This document shows, in pieces, positions 27,101 to 34,414 of a stretch of 64,000 bases of DNA. Each line of letters opens with the position of its first letter. The stretch's first letter is position 1. The translations under genes were made by a program, and so were the position numbers. The DNA is from an uncultured Verrucomicrobiota bacterium. GTDB taxonomy: Bacteria; Verrucomicrobiota; Kiritimatiellia; CAIKKV01; CAIJXV01. The stretch spans positions 239 to 64,238 of the forward strand of contig CAZCDO010000001.1 in the NCBI GenBank assembly GCA_964497135.1, given 5' to 3'. Below the pieces are notes generated by a model. It was not told where the DNA came from and did no database searches. It saw only the letters and a list, made by a program, of their open reading frames with translations.

Positions 27101-29191
27101 TTCGAGAAGCTCATGTTCGGATTCACCGATATCCGTAAACAGTTGTTGGCGGAGGGCGTCATCTTCCTGGTGGTGTTCGGGTTGCTCTGGTTTTTGCATC
27201 CGGCCTTCAAGATGATCCGGTCCTCGGTCATGATTCTTTTGGGGTTCGTCATCATTCTGATCTCGGGCGGCATCACCCTGTTGCTGTCGTCCAAATTCCG
27301 CGAAAACCTCGATGCCTTGAAACGGCTTCAGGGCTCGGACAAGGGCGCTGAGGTGAACAAGGCGGGAATCCTGATGACGGCGTTCATGCTCGGGTTGAAT
27401 AACATGCACCGTCGCAAGGTGCGCACGGGACTGACCTGTGCCACGCTGGTGCTGATGACTTTCGTCATGATCTGTTTTACCTCCGTGCGCAGCAACATCG
27501 TCGACCAGGAAAAGGCCCTGTCCAAGGCCGCCTACCAGGGATTGCTGGTCAAGGAGGCGCGATTCAAGCCAATCGCCGCCAGCGAGATTTCAGCCCTCGA
27601 CAGCCGGTTTGGCGAGATGTTCACGGTCAACGAGCGGGTGGCCCTGGTGGGACGGCGCGACTGGAATCTGGCGCAACTGGTGCCGCCGGAGGTGGAGGTG
27701 GCCGTCGGCGAGGCGCCGGAGATCAGCCGCCAGACCGCGAAGTCGGTCCTGTTGCTGCGGCAAACCGAGCCCCTGCGCGCCAGCCTGCGCCTGCTCACCA
27801 CGAACGGCTGGTTTTCGGCGGCGCAGGCTGCGCAAACCCAGGGACCCTATCCCGTGCTGTTGCCGGACACGATGGCCGAAAATCTCGGGCTGACCGTCGC
27901 GGCGGTGGATACGGGTTCTGTGAAAGTGCGCATCAATGGGGTGGTTTTTGCGGTGCACGGGGTGTTCGAATCATCCTCTCTATCGCAGGCGGGCGATCTC
28001 GATGGTGACAACCTGTTACCGTTCGATACGGAGGGACTGGTCAACCCGGAGATCAGCGACAGCCAGGTGCTGGCCGAACGCGAGGACCCGCGCGTTGCGG
28101 CGGGGCAAACCGTGATAGCGCTGGTGGACGCGTTTCCCGTTCAGGTTAACGGGGCCTGGCGGACGTTGTCCGTGGCGGTTGACATGGGCCAGACCGGGTT
28201 TGCGTCCGCCAAGCGTGAAATCGCCACGTATCTGGAGCAGACCGGGCGGGAAACGTGCTACGGCCTCGACGGTACCGCCTATATCGGGCGCCGCGCCCGC
28301 GCCAAAGCGGTGGGCGGTCTGGCCGATCTGTTGATACCGTTGATCATTGCCGCGCTGACCGTCCTCAATACCATGAAAGGTTCGGTTTACGAACGGCGCG
28401 ATGAAATCTTCGTCTATAACGCCGTCGGCATTGCGCCGCGCTATGTTTTTTTCATGTTCATCGCCGAGGCCCTGGTGTATGCGGTGGTCGGCGCGGTACT
28501 CGGCTACCTGCTCAGTCAGGGGACGGGGCGGGTTCTGACCGCGATGGGGTGGACCGGCGGATTAAATATGAATTTCACCTCGCTATCCACGGTCTATGCC
28601 TCGCTGGCCATCGCGGCGGCCACGCTGTTATCCACCTACTTCCCGGCGAAATCGGCCATGGAAATCGCCAAGCCGGCGGAGAAGGCCGGCTGGGAACTAC
28701 CCCCGGCCGAAGCGGATGAGATGACGTTCGCCCTGCCGTTCACGTTTACGCATTTCGATCGCATTGCCGTGATGGGCTTTTTCCACCAGTATTTCGTCAA
28801 CCACGGGGAGGGCAGTGCCGGGCCGTTTTTTGCCTCCGAGCCGCGGCTGACGTTGTGCGATCGGCGCGACCCCCTGGCGGACGACGGCTACATTCCGAGC
28901 ATCGAGGTGCCCGTCTGGCTCAAACCGTTCGATCTGGGCGTGTCCCAACGCATCGTGATCGAACTGGCCACGGATGCCGACACCGGCGAATACATCGCCA
29001 CGATGCGCCTCCTGCGCCTCACCGGGACGAAGGAGGCCTGGTTGCGTCTGAACGCACCCCTGGTGAGCCGCATTCGTCGCCATTTTCTGCATTGGCGGGC
29101 CGTGTCCGACGATTTGAAACAGGAATTCCATGGCCGGGCCCGGGAACTTTTGGAAGCGCACGTGGCCGAGGGGGGGCGTCTGCATGGCTAA
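24188..29191 (+). CDS. fusion protein: N-terminal signal-anchored M28-peptidase-like (probably non-catalytic) domain + multi-TM linker + MacB/FtsX-type ABC permease (TM1, periplasmic domain, FtsX 3-TM domain) + C-terminal tail
   Basis: M28-like block NIVGVLHGPRAARGAVIISAAYDGFTALPDLASGS, where canonical AHYDS has become AAYDG. Probable EE region reads CGSDY. MacB-like TM1 GLNNMHRRKVRTGLTCATLVLMTFVMI. FtsX domain LIPLIIAALTVLNTMKGSVYERRDEIFVYNAVGIAPRYVFFMFIAEALVYAVVGAVLGYLLS. Confidence 0.65.
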   Translation: MTGDGSNGRVAQAIGAAIFAVLTVVTAAVFLRVFAPRSYVPPTAGAPSYDRTAMQQALTREAVRDQLAAIEQCGSRSPGQPGHAACGRLIAERYAQAGLEVFEQELDAAYPVCSEARLTGDGAPLEVALWPAPPNHVQPMTTPESGLQGELMLITEESVRAAGRFDDQIALVDLARPLFKELGINPARFADLGFKALIVGHSGGFEQIPWRNLKSLRLGLPLNYVRLIADERIFAYAGRRVRLDVRTAYTNVPVRNIVGVLHGPRAARGAVIISAAYDGFTALPDLASGSVQALQLALQLRLLDGLAPHRETLQRDVIWVSCGSDYMAQNSLNQLLSAIGRPGEAAVAKARLDADLREQTEKAGALTSVVALFSDERFGREAGPSGTALDGIDAEARLIFDEEFRTVLRQRVFDAGERLLQAQIAFEHNPKDLTGPAYRAFRAAKQDFDRLNTASALPVRRFLERPSDGYDLRAALLARFQVLRGYHDTRVRRLRQELALNALMAGYDEVLVLAPSLNPAAVQPKREILSFSGGSGIPHAEAADAFRRLLQEAVFTLGLQDRVSIDFRGARHGDAMAAFLSDLPLQSQPWSVMSYPAFALISPRNDYAHFISPVPSPLITNLTSLAGSLQVLGEATLSAAHGAGRFPALQRNSTYATRGTVYAAGIGNAVVPNFSVAGALVFAKAEAGPAPLGFQRRPIFFADPYGHFDHPVMTMPFPNWADTFIPEAAHYGPGGTIDYYKDSGLTAQNIYKSDILPGDGSPVNLILYRGTAVSILNRVNPQTMRSFTGAAFLRPSGLTPFASTAKIVNDDGICDFIDPKARFFVTLKAGSPDNEQVAETRAFCLNTRAPGFVPDPAIEIDGPGYLAQDTPVVREIAAESASSMALLAAKRIRLQEPYGMVDEMTTAFQERSLQLAAEAGRADRPALTRLGEFRQAMTYLILNHPVIRGSIAEAIWGILWYMGLLVPFVFFFEKLMFGFTDIRKQLLAEGVIFLVVFGLLWFLHPAFKMIRSSVMILLGFVIILISGGITLLLSSKFRENLDALKRLQGSDKGAEVNKAGILMTAFMLGLNNMHRRKVRTGLTCATLVLMTFVMICFTSVRSNIVDQEKALSKAAYQGLLVKEARFKPIAASEISALDSRFGEMFTVNERVALVGRRDWNLAQLVPPEVEVAVGEAPEISRQTAKSVLLLRQTEPLRASLRLLTTNGWFSAAQAAQTQGPYPVLLPDTMAENLGLTVAAVDTGSVKVRINGVVFAVHGVFESSSLSQAGDLDGDNLLPFDTEGLVNPEISDSQVLAEREDPRVAAGQTVIALVDAFPVQVNGAWRTLSVAVDMGQTGFASAKREIATYLEQTGRETCYGLDGTAYIGRRARAKAVGGLADLLIPLIIAALTVLNTMKGSVYERRDEIFVYNAVGIAPRYVFFMFIAEALVYAVVGAVLGYLLSQGTGRVLTAMGWTGGLNMNFTSLSTVYASLAIAAATLLSTYFPAKSAMEIAKPAEKAGWELPPAEADEMTFALPFTFTHFDRIAVMGFFHQYFVNHGEGSAGPFFASEPRLTLCDRRDPLADDGYIPSIEVPVWLKPFDLGVSQRIVIELATDADTGEYIATMRLLRLTGTKEAWLRLNAPLVSRIRRHFLHWRAVSDDLKQEFHGRARELLEAHVAEGGRLHG

Positions 29192-31280
29192 AATCGACCA
29201 GGAATTGGAACAGTACCGCAACCTGCTGGCGACCCCGGACACCTATGAGGAGGGGTTCGGCTGGATGACGGTCGCCGGCATCCTGTTCTGCGGGTTCATC
29301 ATGATGCCCGGCGCCATCTACCTCGGGTTGATGACCGGCGGCAGTATGGGCAGTGCAGCCACCTGGGTGACGGTGATTTTGTTCAGCGAGGTCACCCGGC
29401 GCGCGATGAAGACCCTCAGCAAGGGACACCTGGTCGTCCTCCTGCATGCCGCGGGCGTCATGATGGCCGGCAGTGCCCTGTTTCCCGGCGGACCCTTCGG
29501 CGGGCTGGTTTACCGGGCCTTCCTGGTGACCTCCGATGCCGCCCGCGATATGGGGATGCGCGATGCCTTCCCGGCCTGGTGGTGTCCCAAGCCCGACAGT
29601 CCGGCCATCGCCGAACGGTTGTTGCTGCACAGCGACTGGCTCCAGCCGATCGCCCTGCTGGCGTTCATCGCCGTCATCGGGTTGGTCAAAAAATACACGC
29701 TCGGCTATTTCTTTTTCCGCCTTTGCAGCGATGTCGAGCGGTTGCCCTTTCCGCTGGCGCCCATCAGCGCGCAGGGCGCTCTGGCGCTGTCGGATTCCAC
29801 CCGGAAGGAGGAGGACCTGGAGGCCGCTGAGAAGCAGGTTGACGAGACGGGCCGCAAGGTCTTTTCCAAGTGGCGGATTTTTTCGCTGGGTTCGTTGATC
29901 GGCATCGCCTTCGGGATCGTGCAGGTCGGTGTGCCGGCGATTACCGGCCTGATGCTGGACAAGCCGGTGTTTCTGATTCCGCAACCCTTTGTCGATTTGA
30001 CCACGCTGACCGAGAGCCTGTTGCCGGCGACGCCCACCGGCCTGGTGATCGATCCCGGCATCATCCTGATCGGCATGGTTTTGCCGTTTTGGGCGGTCAT
30101 CGGCACGTTCAGTGCCATTGTCGTGACGTTGGTGGCCAATCCCGTCCTGCAGATGGGCAATGTCCTGGCCCAGTGGCAGCCGGGGATGAACACGATCAAC
30201 ACCCAGTTTGTGAACTCGGTTGATTTCTGGATGAGTTTCGGGTTCGGCACCTCGGCGGCGATCGCGCTGATCAGTATTTATTCGACCGTGCGGGACGTGG
30301 TGCGGCGCGCCCGCCAGGCGCGCCGCGCGCGGGACTCCGGGCAGCTCGCCATCGGGCGCCAGGCCGAGATCGGCAGTCTCTGGAAAACGCCCGATATCGG
30401 CCGCGGCGACTACCCGATGTGGCTGGCGCTGACCGGCTATGTCCTGGCGGCCGGAGCCATGGTGATCGTGTGTGACCGGTTGGTTCCGGGCATCACCGGA
30501 TTCCTGCTGGTATTCGCCTTCCTCTACAATCCCTTTGTATCCTATGTCAACGCGCGCCTGCTGGGGTTGGTCGGGCAACAGGTCGATATCCCCTTTGTGC
30601 GGGAAGGGGCCTTTATTCTCTCCGGTTGCAAGACGCTGGACATCTGGCTGGCGCCGGTGCCGATCGAAAACTACGGCAGCATGGCGCAGTCCTTCCGCGT
30701 CAATGAACTCACCGGGGTGCGGTTCCGCTCGCTGATGAAGGCCGACCTGGTCGCCTTGCCCGCCCTGTTCCTGATGTCGCTGTTGTTCTGGGCCTTCATT
30801 TGGAAATCCAATGCGGTGCCCTCCGACATCTACCCGGCCGCGCGCCTCAACTGGGAACTGGCGGCCAAGCAGAACACCCTCCTGTATTCGGCCACTTTTT
30901 CTCCGGACACCGCCGGCGGCGTCCGCGATATCACCCATTTTGCCGACACCGAATTCGCCAAGGCGTTGCATCCGAAGTTCATCGCGGCCGGCAGCGTGCT
31001 GACGTTGCTGTTGTTCGGAATCTTCAGCGCGTTCAGTCTGCCCACGCTCTTTATCTACGGGATGATCCGCGGGTTCGGCCAGCTTCCGCATGTGATGCTG
31101 CTCGAAATTGCCGGGGCGCTCCTGGGGCGGTATGTGCTCCAGAAGAAGTTCGGATCGGGCCCGTTTTTGCGAATGGCCCCGGCCCTGCTGGCGGGGTATT
31201 ACACCGGCGTCGGCCTGATCGGTATGGCCACGATCGCCATGAACCTCATAAAAAATGCCGTTTCCAGCGCACCCTTTTAG
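29184..31280 (+). CDS. polytopic integral membrane protein (~698 aa), transporter-like (OPT-like topology possible); family not recognised
   Basis: ~14-16 hydrophobic predicted TM segments. Start MAKIDQELEQ at ATG 29184 overlaps the upstream stop (29189-29191). Confidence 0.55.
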   Translation: MAKIDQELEQYRNLLATPDTYEEGFGWMTVAGILFCGFIMMPGAIYLGLMTGGSMGSAATWVTVILFSEVTRRAMKTLSKGHLVVLLHAAGVMMAGSALFPGGPFGGLVYRAFLVTSDAARDMGMRDAFPAWWCPKPDSPAIAERLLLHSDWLQPIALLAFIAVIGLVKKYTLGYFFFRLCSDVERLPFPLAPISAQGALALSDSTRKEEDLEAAEKQVDETGRKVFSKWRIFSLGSLIGIAFGIVQVGVPAITGLMLDKPVFLIPQPFVDLTTLTESLLPATPTGLVIDPGIILIGMVLPFWAVIGTFSAIVVTLVANPVLQMGNVLAQWQPGMNTINTQFVNSVDFWMSFGFGTSAAIALISIYSTVRDVVRRARQARRARDSGQLAIGRQAEIGSLWKTPDIGRGDYPMWLALTGYVLAAGAMVIVCDRLVPGITGFLLVFAFLYNPFVSYVNARLLGLVGQQVDIPFVREGAFILSGCKTLDIWLAPVPIENYGSMAQSFRVNELTGVRFRSLMKADLVALPALFLMSLLFWAFIWKSNAVPSDIYPAARLNWELAAKQNTLLYSATFSPDTAGGVRDITHFADTEFAKALHPKFIAAGSVLTLLLFGIFSAFSLPTLFIYGMIRGFGQLPHVMLLEIAGALLGRYVLQKKFGSGPFLRMAPALLAGYYTGVGLIGMATIAMNLIKNAVSSAPF

Positions 31281-31289
31281 GTGCCGCCC

Positions 31290-32330
31290 ATGAGCCAACC
31301 CATGCCAGACCAGATTAGCCTGCCGTTGCGAATCGCCTTTGAGGTGGTGGTGCAGGGGTTGCGCATCCGCTTGGGCCGCTCCCTCGTCACCCTGACCGGG
31401 GTGACCTGCGGCATCGCTTTCCTGATGTCGATTCTGACCGGCCAGCTCGTCAAAAAGGGCGTGGCGGCCGAGGATGCCTGCCGGGAGGAGGTCGCCCGCA
31501 TGGGGAGTTTCATCCGGTCCGACCTGCCGAACTTGCGCGGCAAGGCGATCGGCCTGATCGGGAGCGGGCGCCTCGACGAGGTCGAGACGCGGGTGCTCGA
31601 ACGTCTGCGAGCTGACGGTGACAGTATCCTGCTGATGGCCGACGGTCTGGCCCCCGAACCGCGGCGGCCGATGGCGGGGTGTGAAGTCGTGGAGGGCGGG
31701 CAACTGACCGAGCGGGCCGCCGTGATCTTCGTGATGGGCGACGGTCCGGTGCCGGCGTTCGACTGGCGGCGGTTTTTCGATCGGTCGCGGAATGCCATGG
31801 CGGCGTACACCCGGACCGGGGGCGCGAGGTTGGCCACGGACCGGGAGGAGCGGTGGGTCCGCTTGTCGAGGGACTGGCCGCCGGACGAAATTGCGCGCAA
31901 GGCGCTACAGGCGCGGCAGGCGCGTTTTCGCGGAATCTGGGTCGGTGTGATTTCGCTGCTGGTGACGGTCATCGGCATTTCCAACGCCATGCTGATGTCG
32001 GTCACGGAACGCTTCCGCGAGATCGGCACGATGAAATGTTTGGGGGCTTTGTCGGGTTTTGTCACGCGCCTCTTCGTGCTGGAGGCGTCCCTGCTGGGGT
32101 TCGTGGGCGGACTGGCGGGCGCGGTGGCGGGTGCGGTCTTCGCCGTGAGCGTATACACCTTGACCTACGGGGCCGGCCTCGTTTTTGCGTCGCTGCCGGT
32201 GGCGTCGATCCTGTCGTTCGGCGCAGTCAGCCTGGTCGCGGGGATTCTGTTGTCGATTGTGGCGGCGCTCTATCCGGCCCGCGTGGCGGCATCCATGGTG
32301 CCGGCGACGGCCCTGAGGTCAACGTTATGA
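31290..32330 (+). CDS. FtsX-family (MacB/LolC-type) ABC transporter permease
   Basis: TM1 (LVTLTGVTCGIAFLMSILTG), ~180-aa periplasmic domain, and a C-terminal FtsX 3-TM module (GISNAMLMSVTERFREIGTMKCLGA...LYPARVAASMVPATALR). ATG 10 nt after upstream stop. Confidence 0.7.
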   Translation: MSQPMPDQISLPLRIAFEVVVQGLRIRLGRSLVTLTGVTCGIAFLMSILTGQLVKKGVAAEDACREEVARMGSFIRSDLPNLRGKAIGLIGSGRLDEVETRVLERLRADGDSILLMADGLAPEPRRPMAGCEVVEGGQLTERAAVIFVMGDGPVPAFDWRRFFDRSRNAMAAYTRTGGARLATDREERWVRLSRDWPPDEIARKALQARQARFRGIWVGVISLLVTVIGISNAMLMSVTERFREIGTMKCLGALSGFVTRLFVLEASLLGFVGGLAGAVAGAVFAVSVYTLTYGAGLVFASLPVASILSFGAVSLVAGILLSIVAALYPARVAASMVPATALRSTL

Positions 32331-33124
32331 AGAAGGACCCGATGGAACCCATTGACCCCCGCCGTTTTCAAGCGCTCTTCAATCCGCCCGCCGGTCAGGG
32401 AGCCCCCGTTGTGATCCGCGGTGTCGACATCCGCAAGGTGTATCGCCGGGGCACCCAGGAGACACACGCCTTGCGCGGCGCTACGCTGGACGTCTACCGC
32501 GGCGAATACCTGTCGATCATGGGCCCCTCCGGATCGGGAAAAACGACGTTGTTCAACGCGATTGGCGCCCTGGTCAAGCCGACCTCGGGCAAGGTCTATA
32601 TCGATCAGGTCGATATTGCGCAACTCGACACCGAGGAATTGGCGTGGCTTCGATGCCGGAAGATCGGCTACGTGTTCCAGACCTACAATCTGATCCAGGT
32701 GATGACCTGTTTGGAAAATGTGACCCTGCCGATGAGTTTTGCCGGCCTGAGCGGCGAGGAGGCGCGCGAAAAAGGCGTCCGGATTTTGAAAATGGTGGGG
32801 CTCAGCCATCGCGCCCTGCACAAGCCGGCGGAACTGTCGGGCGGTCAGCAGCAGCGCGTCGCGATCGCGCGGGCGCTGGCCAATTCGCCGGCCATCATTC
32901 TCGCCGATGAACCCACGGCGAATCTGGACCAGACGACTGGGCAGGAGATCATCGACCTGTTCACCCGTTTGCAGCGGGACCTGGGCGTGACCATTATTTC
33001 CGCCACGCACGATCTCAAGATGCTTCAGGCTTCAAACCGCATCCTGTGGATCGAGGACGGCTGCATTGTGAAATCGGCCCGCCCCGAGGAGATCAATTTC
33101 GCCACCGATGAATTCGGGCATTGA
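32327..33124 (+). CDS. ABC transporter ATP-binding protein (MacB/LolD-type ATPase), copy 1
   Basis: Walker A GPSGSGKTT. Signature LSGGQQQRVAIARAL. Walker B ILADEPT. ATG overlaps upstream TGA (ATGA). Confidence 0.85.
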   Translation: MKKDPMEPIDPRRFQALFNPPAGQGAPVVIRGVDIRKVYRRGTQETHALRGATLDVYRGEYLSIMGPSGSGKTTLFNAIGALVKPTSGKVYIDQVDIAQLDTEELAWLRCRKIGYVFQTYNLIQVMTCLENVTLPMSFAGLSGEEAREKGVRILKMVGLSHRALHKPAELSGGQQQRVAIARALANSPAIILADEPTANLDQTTGQEIIDLFTRLQRDLGVTIISATHDLKMLQASNRILWIEDGCIVKSARPEEINFATDEFGH

Positions 33125-33134
33125 GAGATCAATC

Positions 33135-33869
33135 ATGGATACGATCATTCGAACCGAGAACGTGAAAAAACGTTATGTGACCGGCGACCAGGAATTGTGG
33201 GCGTTGAAGGGGATCGATCTCGATATCGGCCGCGGCGAATTTCTCTCCATCATGGGACCTTCCGGATCGGGCAAGTCGACGCTGTTCAACCAGATCGGCG
33301 CGCTCGACGTGCCCACCGAGGGGCGCGTGCTGTTCGAGGGGCAGTCCGTGTTCGACATGACCGAAAAACAGCAGGCGTGGTTCCGGTGCAACCGCATCGG
33401 GTACATCTTCCAGACGTTCAACCTGATCCAGGTGATGACCGCGTTGCAGAACGTGACCCTGCCCATGGTCTTCCAGGGGACCCCCCGGGAGGATGCCGTC
33501 CGGCGCGGCACGGCCATTCTGGAACGCGTGGGACTCGGCCATCGCCTGCATAACAAACCGTTCGAGCTCTCCGGCGGCCAGCAACAGCGCGTGGCTGTGG
33601 CCCGCGCGCTGGCCAATACGCCCAGTGTGGTCCTCGCCGATGAACCCACGGGTAACTTGGACACGAAGACCGGCGCCGAGATCATCGAACTGCTCAAGGA
33701 GCTGAACCGCGCGGAAGGGGTGACCGTGATTTGTTCCACCCACGATCCGAAGATGCTGCGCAGTTCCGATCGGATTTGCTGGATGCTCGACGGGCGGCTC
33801 GACAAAATCATCCAGCAGGCCGATTTTTCGTTGGCGGCCATGAAGCAGGACACCCAGGGCCGTGAGTGA
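33135..33869 (+). CDS. ABC transporter ATP-binding protein (MacB/LolD-type ATPase), copy 2 (paralog)
   Basis: Walker A GPSGSGKST. Signature LSGGQQQRVAVARAL. Walker B VLADEPT. ~50-60% identical to copy 1 by eye. Confidence 0.85.
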   Translation: MDTIIRTENVKKRYVTGDQELWALKGIDLDIGRGEFLSIMGPSGSGKSTLFNQIGALDVPTEGRVLFEGQSVFDMTEKQQAWFRCNRIGYIFQTFNLIQVMTALQNVTLPMVFQGTPREDAVRRGTAILERVGLGHRLHNKPFELSGGQQQRVAVARALANTPSVVLADEPTGNLDTKTGAEIIELLKELNRAEGVTVICSTHDPKMLRSSDRICWMLDGRLDKIIQQADFSLAAMKQDTQGRE

Positions 33870-34281
33870 TCCCGTCTCCAGACCGGTGGCGGATGGGACG
33901 GCGGGGCCGGTCGCGGCCGACCTGGCCCAGTTGTTAAACGGGGTGCCCTATCTGAATCCGGCCGTTGAAACCCTCCACGATCCCCAGCGGGGATGTGCGC
34001 TCTCGTGGAAGAGTGAGTCGGGGAACCGGCGCGGCTGGCGGGCGCTCCTGATGGGGCCGGTGCGGCGCCGGCGACTGGAACTCGACGACCTGGGTCGCCG
34101 TACGGTTGAACTGTGCGACGGCCGCCGCAGGGTGGGGGAAATTGCCGCCCAGCTCGCCGCCGAACACCAGGTTGAACTCGGGGTCATGCAACGCGCCACC
34201 CTGGCCTTTCTCGCGGAACTCGTCCGTCGCAACGCCGCCCAGATTGTGGATGATTCGAAGGAGATTCGGACCGGGTCATAA
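33862..34281 (+). CDS. PqqD-family (RiPP-recognition-element-like) peptide-binding/chaperone protein
   Basis: 139-aa ORF, GTG start overlapping the ATPase stop. PqqD-like core RRRLELDDLGRRTVELCDGRRRVGEIAAQLAAEHQV...ATLAFLAELVRRN (winged-helix wHTH with a 3-strand sheet pattern). Assignment by eye. Confidence 0.5.
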   Translation: MSDPVSRPVADGTAGPVAADLAQLLNGVPYLNPAVETLHDPQRGCALSWKSESGNRRGWRALLMGPVRRRRLELDDLGRRTVELCDGRRRVGEIAAQLAAEHQVELGVMQRATLAFLAELVRRNAAQIVDDSKEIRTGS

Positions 34282-34414
34282 AGTGACAATAGATATCAGA
34301 ATTTGGTCATTGAGTGTTCGAATGCTTTGCGGGATTATTATGAATTTCCGCTTTTGAGTGGGCGCTGCGAATGGCCGCCGGCGATCCATCACCGCAAACA
34401 AAGAACGGAATGCC

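Noticed and set aside
29019-31703. 894-aa antisense ORF
   Set aside because: Overlaps two plus-strand membrane-protein/permease genes with strong hydrophobic periodicity. The antisense translation is Arg/Gly/Pro/His-rich.
31853-32326. N-terminal 158 codons of the 423-aa ORF 31853..33124
   Set aside because: Overlaps the FtsX permease in another frame. The ABC ATPase domain begins at MKKDPMEP (ATG 32327), which overlaps the permease stop in the coupling-typical ATGA arrangement.
33862-34281. PqqD-like ORF as evidence of PQQ biosynthesis
   Set aside because: No pqqA/B/C/E homologs anywhere in the window. PqqD-like RRE domains occur widely outside PQQ pathways.
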